A DNA stretch of 64,000 nt. Source: Octopus bimaculoides. Lineage: Eukaryota. The stretch is taken from NCBI RefSeq assembly GCF_001194135.2, contig NC_068992.1:56439953-56503952 (forward strand). Direction: 5' to 3'. This document shows positions 1 to 11,600 of the stretch, one piece after another. How positions within the stretch are numbered: position 1 is the first letter of the stretch; every line of letters starts with the position of its first letter. Below the pieces are notes generated by a model, which saw nothing but the letters and a program-made list of their open reading frames with translations, made no database searches and was not told the origin of the DNA. Both the position numbers and the translations under genes were made by a program.

Positions 1-413
1 GAAAACCAAGAATATATTGTACAATTTCAACTTAGGCTACATTGTGGTTAAAGTGGCTGAAATATTAGACGCTGACATTCCTATAATGTTACGCTAACAT
101 AATCAATCTTTACATGCAGTTACTATCCTCTCTTAATGCGTTTGGCAACGCTGTATGCCGGTTAGTTCTAATATACTAATCAAAGCATAAATGGCACCCT
201 GTATATTGAGAGTAAGAGACAATTTCACAATGTTCCATTTTCGTTTTGCGAAATGCGGATTCTAGTCAGACTAAATATAGTTTTCTGCTAGTATGTTGAT
301 ATACACCAATCATATATCTGTCTACACCTATAAATATATATACATACAAACGTACGTACATACATACACACACACTCACACACACAAAAACACACACGCA
401 CATATATATATAT

Positions 414-643
414 TCTTTTTTTCCATTCCTTTACACGTTTCAGTCATTTGACTGCGGCCATACTGGAGCTTCGCCTTAAAAGGGATTTAGTCGTAGAAAT
501 CAACCCCAGGATTTATTCTTTGTTTTGTAAGCTTAGTACTTATTAGATCCGCCTCTTCTGTTGACCGTTACGGAGACATAAACACACCATCATCGGTTGT
601 CAAACAATGGAATTGTGGTGGACAAAATCAGACACAAACACAT
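414..643 (-). mobile_element. SINE-1, 3' half
   Basis: Matches the copies at 14623-15015, 53668-53895, 61050-61330 and 63205-63425 (TTTCAGTCATTTGACTGCGGCCAT.CTGGAGC...CATCGGTTGTCAA). Confidence 0.85.
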
Positions 644-3103
644 AAATGGTAAAGATATTGTACTAAACTGCAGTTGTATTTATGCTGGCTTGAAAAACTA
701 GATATATACTAAAAATAGGTCTGAAAACCATTTGAATATTACATTCTGAATGTAAACAAGCTTACAGAGATTTCAAACAATTGAAACCGAATAGAAATAA
801 AATGAAATTTTACTTACAACTGGAGTCGGATAATGTAGATCATAGTGAAATAGAACAAATTGTTACCGAGAAAACGTTTTATTTTCTTTCTGTAAGAAGT
901 TTAACGGTAAAAGCCGATGAATTGAAAGATCAGATCACGAATGCTTCTGACCCTATCTATCTTAAAGTAAGTCGCTATCGCAATATTATCTGGTCTACAC
1001 AACCCGTGTCTTTAAATATTCAATCTAACTCTTCTAGATTTGGTAAATACGCATTTCCACATCAATCTCCGGTACAGAAACGCAATCTAACAGGAAAAAA
1101 ATCCCATTAAACTGAGTCATAGCTCTGACACCTTTATGAACACTTAATATCATGTAATCCAACTAAATTAACCGAAGCTACTACGTATACGGAAATACAA
1201 ATGAATTATCAGGCATGCAATACCGAAGTGATTATCTACGCGACAGAAATCACGTTCATCGAACTAAATCTAATGAAAACAAAAGTACATATTGTGCTTA
1301 AAGAGAATGTACATATGGTAGAAGACGGATTTAAATACTTATTTCAACCATACTTATTCTTTCACTAATATAAACATATTACTTCAAAATAACATGCTAC
1401 ACAAGAAATCCATACCAAACAATATGGTACAAAATTGCGGGTTGCTTAGCTAAAAAACAGCTTCATATTTTAGACATGGTATGGTCATCAAATGCTTTAT
1501 TATTTATCGGAAGATATCAAACATCACCTAACACCGTCCTCAGTTGCGGTATACACCATTTCTCCATATATAATGCAGTTACTGTCATTTTTACCGGTAA
1601 TATCTGTTGATAACTCCCTGAATCATATGACAACACCCGCAAAATTAAAACTTTTCTTATTGTTGCTCCAGGGAAAAATATAGATGAGAAATAGCACGCC
1701 CGTGGACTGCTGGAGCAGATTATACTAACCAGTTCAGTGACCTTTTACTGTCTGTCTGTGTGTGTAGTAACAACATTGTCGATAATGTTGGAGCTGTAAT
1801 TAGCATTTTAATTTCTGTAGGCAAGCTTTGAATGACCTTGTCCTCAACATGATCTTCATGATTCTGTATTTTGACAAAATACAAAATGGCTGATAGTTAG
1901 CAAGGTGAGACACACATAAGAAAGAAGGAAACAAAGGACCACTGATGAGGTCACAGAAGTGTGACGAAAGAACTCTGGCCGAAATAAGATTAAGATTAAT
2001 GTAATATAAAGCTGAAGCAAATTAACACCAAATATACAGTGCGTGTGTTTTTATTGGCTAAACTGGCAATATGACCATCCCCAAGTACAACAACATCTGT
2101 TTCAACACACGATTTCACATAAAAAATCTTGCAAAANNNNNNNNNNNNNNNNNNNNNNNNNNNNNNNNNNNNNNNNNNNNNNNNNNNNNNNNNNNNNNNN
2201 NNNNNNNNNNNNNNNNNNNNNNNNNNNNNNNNNNNNNNNNNNNNNNNNNNNNNNNNNNNNNNNNNNNNNNNNNNNNNNNNNNNNNNNNNNNNNNNNNNNN
2301 NNNNNNNNNNNNNNNNNNNNNNNNNNNNNNNNNNNNNNNNNNNNNNNNNNNNNNNNNNNNNNNNNNNNNNNNNNNNNNNNNNNNNNNNNNNNNNNNNNNN
2401 NNNNNNNNNNNNNNNNNNNNNNNNNNNNNNNNNNNNNNNNNNNNNNNNNNNNNNNNNNNNNNNNNNNNNNNNNNNNNNNNNNNNNNNNNNNNNNNNNNNN
2501 NNNNNNNNNNNNNNNNNTATATATATATATATATATATTTATAAAACTGCAGCTGGAATCTTAGAAGCAAACATTGCAAATTTGAAATGAGTACCTGGAT
2601 GAAACGCATTCTCGCACCAATGGTTTTATGCAATGTCAGGTTACACAGTACTCGTGCATCTTTAGGAGGAAACCCTTTCAACACCAATAAAACTATGGTT
2701 GCGGGTTGATGTCCCCACTGCTATAATGGTAAAAGTGCTCGTCCAATGTGGCTGACCTGCTAAAAGTAATGGTTAGATAGTGCTACGAAGTTGGTGAGGT
2801 TTTGAGAAAATTCATTTGGTGCTTAGTTATATACTTCTATGTAATGAAGTCTATCTGGCATTTCAGCTGTCAAGGATCTTTACAATATGTAAATGTGTGA
2901 GGGGGTCGATATATTTGACTATAATTTCCTCCAAGTGTATGGCTTTGCTCCAAAGTTAGAAAATCGATATGACTAGTTTCGTATTTTGATCAGAAATGAT
3001 AATGGCGTGGTTTGTGATTCAATCAACAAATTATGCTTGTGAACAATTCTGGCTTTATTGCTACATAACAAATCAATATACATTCTATATTTCATTTATG
3101 AAA

Positions 3104-3321
3104 TATGAGGGAGTGCTGAAAAGTTTCTGACTTTAAGGGCATCACGAAAGGCCTCGTTGGAGGCCCAACCTTCCGAGTTCTTTTATAGAGCTTCGAAAAA
3201 CTGAAGGACCGCTGCAATATGTGTGTGAATCTGAGAAGGGGAATATGTTGACTAAAATCATAGTTAACTGATCCTCCTGTATTTTCTCTTAGCCAAGGCA
3301 GGAACTTTTCAGCACCTTGTA
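3104..3321 (+). mobile_element. Mariner-derived MITE (internally deleted)
   Basis: TA-flanked imperfect TIRs (GAGGGAGTGCTGAAAAGTTTCTG / CAGGAACTTTTCAGCACCTTG). The interior encodes a mariner transposase C-terminus, SFEKLKDRCNMCVNLR(fs)EYVD*. A second copy lies at 40860-41073. Confidence 0.85.
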
Positions 3322-3577
3322 TTACAGAATCTATACTTGTTATCTTCAAGTCAAACTTGACCGAAGAAACCTTGGAGTAAAAGCTGTCCAGCTATTACCA
3401 TCCTGCCTTGCTTTTTATATACGAACACTGTACATAGGTTCGTTTTATTTAAAGTGACACTTAGAGAATCACGTTATAGAGGTTTGACAACTATTACTAG
3501 CATACTGACCGATTTGAACCCAGTACGTGTAGGGAAATATGCCTAGCTGTCTCTACGTATATATACATCTGCATGTG

Positions 3578-3615
<38 letters not shown>

Positions 3616-3616
<1 letters not shown>

Positions 3617-3881
3617 TCTTCAATATCCTCCCGAAGGACCTGAGAGATCTGCATGGGGTGGATGTAGGTGTCTTCAAGATGAGGCGGGACCTCTTCCTGT
3701 CAGGAATCCCAGATGCAGGAGGTGCATATGAGGTCGGCTGTATCAAACTCTCTCGTGCACCAAATGTCAATTCTTGAAGTAAAATTCGTGAAGTAAAATT
3801 GTGTAGCAACATCAAATGGCGGTGCCCCAGCATGGCCACAGCTCATGAGCTGAAACTAGATAAAATGAAAAAAATAAAATG

Positions 3882-3884
<3 letters not shown>
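3616..3884 (+). mobile_element. 5'-truncated LINE 3' end (CR1/L2-group-like) inside a (TA)n array
   Basis: Reads LFNILPKDLRDLHGVDVGVFKMRRDLFLSGIPD(fs)RSAVSNSLVHQM..*, a typical LINE ORF2 C-terminus, followed by a short 3' UTR and an A-rich tail; (TA)n on both sides. Clade assignment is tentative. Confidence 0.7.
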
Positions 3885-3926
<42 letters not shown>

Positions 3927-4035
3927 CGTACGTACACACACATACATACACACACACGCGCACACACGCGCGCACACACGCGCGCACACACGCGCGCACA
4001 CACGCGCACACACACGCACACATACACATATATAT
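3885..4035. repeat. Compound (TA)n / (CA)n / (CACACGCGCG)-type microsatellite
   Basis: Directly visible. Confidence 0.9.
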
Positions 4036-4665
4036 ATCTGTATATAAACGAGCCAAAGACACAGCATCTGTGTGGACATTTTACATGCTAGAAAGGGCAG
4101 TAAAACCTCTTTCACATCACTGCTAGGTGTTTATAAAAAGAAAGGACATATTAAATAATCTTGTTGCTGCTGCACGAAACACAAATAGAAAACAAAATCA
4201 ATGCTCATATCTGGAGCGCCTTTGATTATAGCTCTTTTTGCCCGTGGCTAACTAGTGCTTAACAATAACAGCAACTGTAACAACATTAGTAACAGAAACA
4301 ATAACCACAATGCTAACATCATGCCTAAATTGCGTTGAATACTCTCTAAAATTTATGTCGAAATCACCAGCTAATAATACAGAACGACAGATCAAAGACG
4401 AAGGTTAAGTAACAGAGCACAAGAAATCCTGTATTCTTAGAGAAATGTCAACGTTGATGATAAACCAGGCAGAAAACGTTACATAACCATTCGTTGAAAA
4501 TTATTTGCAAACACTCGGGAAGAATATTGAGGTGACACGTTGACAATAATGAATGATTAGGTTGTTTGCTAAAATCATATATAAAGCGAATTCATATTAA
4601 ATGCACACATACATATACAAAGATAATACACACACATACAAGTACACATATATGGGTATACATGC

Positions 4666-4709
<44 letters not shown>

Positions 4710-5571
4710 NNNNNNNNNNNNNNNNNNNNNNNNNNNNNNNNNNNNNNNNNNNNNNNNNNNNNNNNNNNNNNNNNNNNNNNNNNNNNNNNNNNNNNNNNNN
4801 NNNNNNNNNNNNNNNNNNNNNNNNNNNNNNNNNNNNNNNNNNNNNNNNNNNNNNNNNNNNNNNNNNNNNNNNNNNNNNNNNNNNNNNNNNNNNNNNNNNN
4901 NNNNNNNNNNNNNNNNNNNNNNNNNNNNNNNNNNNNNNNNNNNNNNNNNNNNNNNNNNNNNNNNNNNNNNNNNNNNNNNNNNNNNNNNNNNNNNNNNNNN
5001 NNNNNNNNNNNNNNNNNNNNNNNNNNNNNNNNNNNNNNATATATATATATATATACATACAAGTATGCATATATATATATAAATAAATATATGAGTGTGT
5101 GTGTTTGTACATGCGTGTTGGAAATAATAGTGGATTAAACAACTTAATTCTCAGGTGTCAGAATTTTAGTCCAATAGGTGCAATTGTTGTCAAACGGTTT
5201 CTCCGCGATCAGTGTGGAATATCTGTATATTCATGTTTGAAACAATGAGTCTCGAAGTACATGTAGCTATAAATAACAACATGCAAATATTGGGTGTAAA
5301 ACGCTTTCTATAGAAAAAGCCAAAGGCTGCACGACTTTGTATAGATGAATGTGTATATATATATATATGTATTTATGTAAATACATGTACATATGTAGTT
5401 TTTACACGAACACACGCGTGCGCGAGCACAGACGCACACATGCAAACACACTGACATATGTGTATTTATACAATATCAAACACACATACGCAAGGTAAAT
5501 GTTTTGTAGTGTATGTGTGTTCGATATTGTTTATAACCCTTGGGTTACCTATTCAAATTTGAATATGTGTG

Positions 5572-5621
<50 letters not shown>

Positions 5622-6291
5622 NNNNNNNNNNNNNNNNNNNNNNNNNNNNNNNNNNNNNNNNNNNNNNNNNNNNNNNNNNNNNNNNNNNNNNNNNNNNNNN
5701 NNNNNNNNNNNNNNNNNNNNNNNNNNNNNNNNNNNNNNNNNNNNNNNNNNNNNNNNNNNNNNNNNNNNNNNNNNNNNNNNNNNNNNNNNNNNNNNNNNNN
5801 NNNNNNNNNNNNNNNNNNNNNNNNNNNNNNNNNNNNNNNNNNNNNNNNNNNNNNNNNNNNNNNNNNNNNNNNNNNNNNNNNNNNNNNNNNNNNNNNNNNN
5901 NNNNNNNNNNNNNNNNNNNNNNNNNNNNNNNNNNNNNNNNNNNNNNNNNNNNNNNNNNNNNNNNNNNNNNNNNNNNNNNNNNNNNNNNNNNNNNNNNNNN
6001 NNNNNNNNNNNNNNNNNNNNNNNNNNNNNNNNNNNNNNNNNNNNNNNNNNNNNNNNNNNNNNNNNNNNNNNNNNNNNNNNNNNNNNNNNNNNNNNNNNNN
6101 NNNNNNNNNNNNNNNNNNNNNNNNNNNNNNNNNNNNNNNNNNNNNNNNNNNNNNNNNNNNNNNNNNNNNNNNNNNNNNNNNNNNNNNNNNNNNNNNNNNN
6201 NNNNNNNNNNNNNNNNNNNNNNNNNNNNNNNNNNNNNNNNNNNNNNNNNNNNNNNNNNNNNNNNNNNNNNNNNNNNNNNNNNATATATATG

Positions 6292-6460
6292 GTGGAGATT
6301 TCACAAAAAAAACAAAAGACGAAGGCAGGTGGCGTGGACAACAAACAGATGTATTAGTTTAACGCTCGGGAAGTGAAAAAGTCTCTAACGTTTCGAGCCT
6401 ACGCTCTTCCACAGAAAGGAACACAGAAAAAAAAAACAGGGAGAGAAGATAAAGAATACA
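6292..6460 (-). mobile_element. Penelope-like terminal (pLTR-type) fragment
   Basis: Shares ACGCTCGGGAA...ACGTTTCGAGC..GCTCTTC with 9862-10025 and contains a hammerhead-like motif. Confidence 0.5.
6383..6418 (-). ncRNA. Degenerate minimal type-I hammerhead-like motif
   Basis: Minus strand: CTTT-CTGTGGA-A-GAGC gtag GCTC-GAA-AC-GTT-AGAG. Stem II is perfect; core A6 is changed to U. Confidence 0.4.
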
Positions 6461-7932
6461 TTTATATACGAGCGTATATAATTGTATAATATACGCATTG
6501 CAGTCTCGTTCAGGAGCAAGAACCATGCTCATCTATTTTCAGAACAATCGCAATAAATTCTGACATTAATGTCAACAAGAATGCTTTTTTCTTTTATTTT
6601 TCGTTTTGATTTATGCCATTGACGTTCTCCGTCAATAATGATGTCAACATTTTACATATTTTGTTTTTTTTTTGTATTTACAGTTGGTCTACTTCGTTTA
6701 AGAATTTGGTTCCACCATGGATAAATAAATATCCTCACAGTCACACCTAACAAAGCCAGGTAATAAACAGTGATTGGTTTTATAACAAGGATTTACGACA
6801 TAGGTAGAGAAAAGTATAGTAAGCCATGCTTTGCTTCACAGATTTATTGCATTTTCTGGCATCGGTAATGTTTAGGTATTTATTACGAGTATGGTAATAC
6901 GCAACGAAGACCGATACAGAACCCGTTTTTATCCGTTTCTCTGTGTGTGTGTGTGTGTATGTGTGTGTGTGTGTATGTGTGTGCATGTGTGTGNNNNNNN
7001 NNNNNNNNNNNNNNNNNNNNNNNNNNNNNNNNNNNNNNNNNNNNNNNNNNNNNNNNNNNNNNNNNNNNNNNNNNNNNNNNNNNNNNNNNNNNNNNNNNNN
7101 NNNNNNNNNNNNNNNNNNNNNNNNNNNNNNNNNNNNNNNNNNNNNNNNNNNNNNNNNNNNNNNNNNNNNNNNNNNNNNNNNNNNNNNNNNNNNNNNNNNN
7201 NNNNNNNNNNNNNNNNNNNNNNNNNNNNNNNNNNNNNTATATATATATGTATATATATACATATATAACTTTATACATATATATATATAGCTACATGCAT
7301 GTGTGTAAATGCAGATATGTGTGTGTGTGGTTGCGTTTGTGTGTGTGTACGTGTGTGTGTGTGTACGTACATGTGTGTGTGTGTGTGTGTGTGTGCGTGT
7401 GTATGCGTGTGTGTGATTATTCTCCACAAAACTTTTGGGAGCTCGAGAAGTCACATTACCAATAGAGAAAAGGAATGGTGCAGTGAAAATCAAAATGAAG
7501 GCGGGAATTAAAAACAAACGTACATTGCGAGAAATGTGTCCCAAATGACAAAGTTAAATGATTAAAGTTGACGGAAAGTTCTACAATTTGTGAATTGATG
7601 AAATGAAATTATGTGGTTTTCCAGAAAGAATATTACATACATTGGTTTACTGGTCAAGTAAGGACCTATTAAACAGAGATGTAATAGCCACTAGAGGATT
7701 CAGTATTAAGATATATAATTGCATATGTGTACAGAGGTACATACACATACAAACAATCACCCACACACACACACAAATACATATACATACATACATACAT
7801 ATATATATATATGTGTGATGTGTGTGTGTGCATGTCTGTGTAGATATGTGTTTAGATATAGTTATAACGCCCTCACAGGAATGTGTATGTGTATGTGTGT
7901 ATATACAGGTGTATGTGAATATATGAAGGTAC

Positions 7933-7974
<42 letters not shown>

Positions 7975-8721
7975 NNNNNNNNNNNNNNNNNNNNNNNNNN
8001 NNNNNNNNNNNNNNNNNNNNNNNNNNNNNNNNNNNNNNNNNNNNNNNNNNNNNNNNNNNNNNNNNNNNNNNNNNNNNNNNNNNNNNNNNNNNNNNNNNNN
8101 NNNNNNNNNNNNNNNNNNNNNNNNNNNNNNNNNNNNNNNNNNNNNNNNNNNNNNNNNNNNNNNNNNNNNNNNNNNNNNNNNNNNNNNNNNNNNNNNNNNN
8201 NNNNNNNNNNNNNNNNNNNNNNNNNNNNNNNNNNNNNNNNNNNNNNNNNNNNNNNNNNNNNNNNNNNNNNNNNNNNNNNNNNNNNNNNNNNNNNNNNNNN
8301 NNNNNNNNNNNNNNNNNNNNNNNNNNNNNNNNNNNNNNNNNNNNNNNNNNNNNNNNNNNNNNNNNNNNNNNNNNNNNNNNNNNNNNNNNNNNNNNNNNNN
8401 NNNNNNNNNNNNNNNNNNNNNNNNNNNNNNNNNNNNNNNNNNNNNNNNNNNNNNNNNNNNNNNNNNNNNNNNNNNNNNNNNNNNNNNNNNNNNNNNNNNN
8501 NNNNNNNNNNNNNNNNNNNNNNNNNNNNNNNNNNNNNNNNNNNNNNNNNNNNNNNNNNNNNNNNNNNNNNNNNNNNNNNNNNNNNNNNNNNNNNNNNNNN
8601 NNNNNNNNNNNNNNNNNNNNNNNNNNNTATATATATATATTTATATATATATATACACATTTATATATACCGATATATGTTTGTTTGGACAGGTAAGTAT
8701 TAATACAGAGAGTGTAAGTGC

Positions 8722-8764
<43 letters not shown>

Positions 8765-9819
8765 GGAGAGAGATACAGACAAATGGAGAGGGGGTGGGAA
8801 GAATAGGTAGAAGCGAAAGAGAAAAGAACGCGGTAGATATTTAAGCATCAAGGGACAATTGTGTGATGAAGTGAGATATGGACATTAAGAAGAAGTAAAA
8901 AGAGAAAATGAACTATTATTCCCATTGGACTTCTCTCTCTTACTAAGCCCATGTGATCGAAAATACTCTGTAGACAGTGTCTGCATCTTGTTAAAACCAC
9001 GAGATATCTGGCTTTGTTCAATACTCAGAATCTTTAGCATTTCAGCAACAAGTCAGATATATTTCGTTCATTATTTCTCCTTTCTTTTTTTGTATAGGTG
9101 TATGTGTGTGTGTTTGTAGTTCTTTATTTATTGATGATTTCTCATAGAATTCCATTTATTCAAAAGAACATCACTTTTCTCAATAAAGAACCAATACAAT
9201 GACATCTGCCAATTTCTTATAAATTCTTTCTTTTGCAACGGTAGTTCTAATCAGTTAATTCTTGTTTGACGAAAGCTCTCGGTATCAAATGCTAGTGTGT
9301 GTGAGTGTGTGTGTTTGTGTGTGTGTGTATGTATCAGTGTAAATGCACACATTTGCATGAGTGTATGAAAGTGTATGCATTAATGTGCATCCGTGTGAAA
9401 ATGTGAGTGTGAAAATGTGTGTGTGAAAAAAAGTGTGTGTATGTGTGTGTGTATGTATAAATGAGTATGTGTATATATTTGCATAAATGCCCAAAAAGAA
9501 TCAAACAAAACCCCATCATCTGCTGACTAACTAATGATTATCTAGAACAAAAAATGTGTGATCTGAGGCAGTTGTTGTTGCTATTTCTAGCACGCTGGCA
9601 TTATATTTGTATTAGCTATATAGGTGTAAAGGTCGTATCACTCTGAGTATATCTGGCACTGTATTTTTCAGTATAATATATAAATGTAAACGGTCAGTGA
9701 TCTTAAAATGAACTTTCTTCTTTGGTGTTGTTGAATTGCGTTGCTTTTTTGACTATACAAATCAAAATATTTGAAACTATGCTGGACGCCCCCTACATGC
9801 GCATGATTACTTCTTTTTG

Positions 9820-9852
<33 letters not shown>

Positions 9853-9861
9853 TTCAAAAAA

Positions 9862-10025
9862 GAAAAAAAAATAACAACAATAAAACAACAACAAAAAACA
9901 ACAACGTGAGCACGTGATACAGATTGTGCTACGGGACGCTCGGGAAAGGAAAGAAAGATAATTTGACGTTTCGAGCGGAGCTCTTCGTCGGAAACAAAGA
10001 AAGCCCAAAGAAGGGAAAGATGGAG
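9862..10025 (-). mobile_element. Penelope-like terminal (pLTR-type) fragment
   Basis: Related to 6292-6460 and contains a hammerhead-like motif. Confidence 0.5.
9961..9995 (-). ncRNA. Minimal type-I hammerhead-like motif (U4C variant)
   Basis: Minus strand: GTTT-CCGACGA-A-GAGC tcc GCTC-GAA-AC-GTC-AAAT. Stems I and II pair, stem III is palindromic ACGU, and the cleavage triplet is GUC. Confidence 0.6.
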
Positions 10026-10103
10026 TTATATATACATACCGGATGTTCTCTCCGGTATGTATTTCAAAATGGAGCTCATCAAAGAAGCATTATATTGTGT
10101 CTG

Positions 10104-10179
<76 letters not shown>

Positions 10180-10486
10180 TATATTTCTATTTCTATATAA
10201 GTGTGTTTATCTGTGTGTGTATTAATTTTATATCTATGTACGTGTAAAGTATATATCCACATTTGTTGACGCACACGCACACAGACACAAACATTCACAC
10301 GTATATAAGATTGTCCCATAAATCTTTCAGAGCAGTCAAGGTGCCGTGGATCAAAAGTTTGAAAAATTGCGGTGTTAGAGTATACATGAACAAATACACG
10401 CATATGCGTTTGTTGTCTGTATATATGTGTGTGTTTGTGTATGTGTATATGCGATATTTGTTGAGCATTTAGAACATTGTAGAACA

Positions 10487-10622
10487 TTTTTAACGGTAGT
10501 TCATCCGTCTTAACATTCTGAGTTGAAATGTCGTCAGGGTTGACTTTGCTTTCCATCCTTTCGTGGTTGATAAAATAAGTACCTTCCCCAATTTACTGGC
10601 CTTGTGCCAAAATTTGAAACCC
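10487..10622 (+). mobile_element. SINE-2 fragment
   Basis: B-box-like GAGTTGAAAT, central GACTTTGCTTTCCATCCTTTCGTGGTTGATAAAATAAGTACC, tail GGCCTTGTGCCAAAATTTGAAAC. Confidence 0.75.
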
Positions 10623-11451
10623 ATATTTGTTGTGCAACAGTATTGACCTATTTCACAGTGAAAAGAATGCCCTTATTTGCAATTTAAATCGATGTTTCTA
10701 ATCATGGTTTATTGTTTCACTGACTGACTTACCTGCAATTGACGCCCTAATGTGGATCACTCCTCATAAAGTTCTTAAGTGGGGCTGGTATATCTTCTGA
10801 ACTAATCTCTTTACTCGTTATCATTCAGTCGTAATTATACCTGTTTCTAACTGCATATTTTATCCTTTCTTGATATATTAAATTCGTGAACTGTAATTTA
10901 ACTACTGCTGAACTATGTCAAGTTGATAGTATCTGTTAATCATTAACCACAGAGATTTACTATTTTATATATAACCTACTGTCTTGATCATCAATCAATA
11001 ATCAGGACAGCCTATATGAATAATTGGACAGCGGCAAAATACTTTGTGAGTCAAAATGGTGGTCTTAAATCACGTCTAGTATATGAACCATTAATAAAAT
11101 AGTCGTCACATGACGCAACTTAAGCCCATGACAGTTCATGCCTGTGAATTAAATATCTTTTAATTTCGTAGTCCTTTTCAGAGAGGTAAAAAGAAGATTA
11201 AAAAAATACACGAAAAATATCATTACTAAAAATTTAAATAAAACATGTTTTCTTTCTGTTTTTTTTAAATTTTTAAATTTTTTTATGAGGTCAGTTCGAA
11301 AGTAACACTTCAGTTTGAAGTTGGCATTGAAATATTATTTATTGCCCGATCGCTATCTCATTATTTCTTGTGACCTATATATTCTAGTGGTTGACTGCTA
11401 CTGCTACTAAAGGGAAGAGAATCGCTTCGGGCTTTTAAATATCGAGGAATT

Positions 11452-11509
<58 letters not shown>

Positions 11510-11514
<5 letters not shown>

Positions 11515-11600
11515 TAATCCTTCGACTATCGCGACTGTTACGTTCCAAAATCCCCGCGATAGATGAAAATCCGCGAAGTACTGTACTGTGTATTTTTAAA
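11510..11600 (+). mobile_element. Tigger/pogo-like DNA transposon terminus
   Basis: TA|CAGTAATCC..CG.C.ATCGCG begins at the edge of a (TA)n run. A related terminus is at 48540. Confidence 0.55.

Noticed and set aside
6684-6759. Strong acceptor, CCACCATGG and a CAG|GTAATA donor
   Set aside because: All frames contain stops and the Kozak ATG gives only MDK*; it could only be a UTR or terminal exon and is unsupported.
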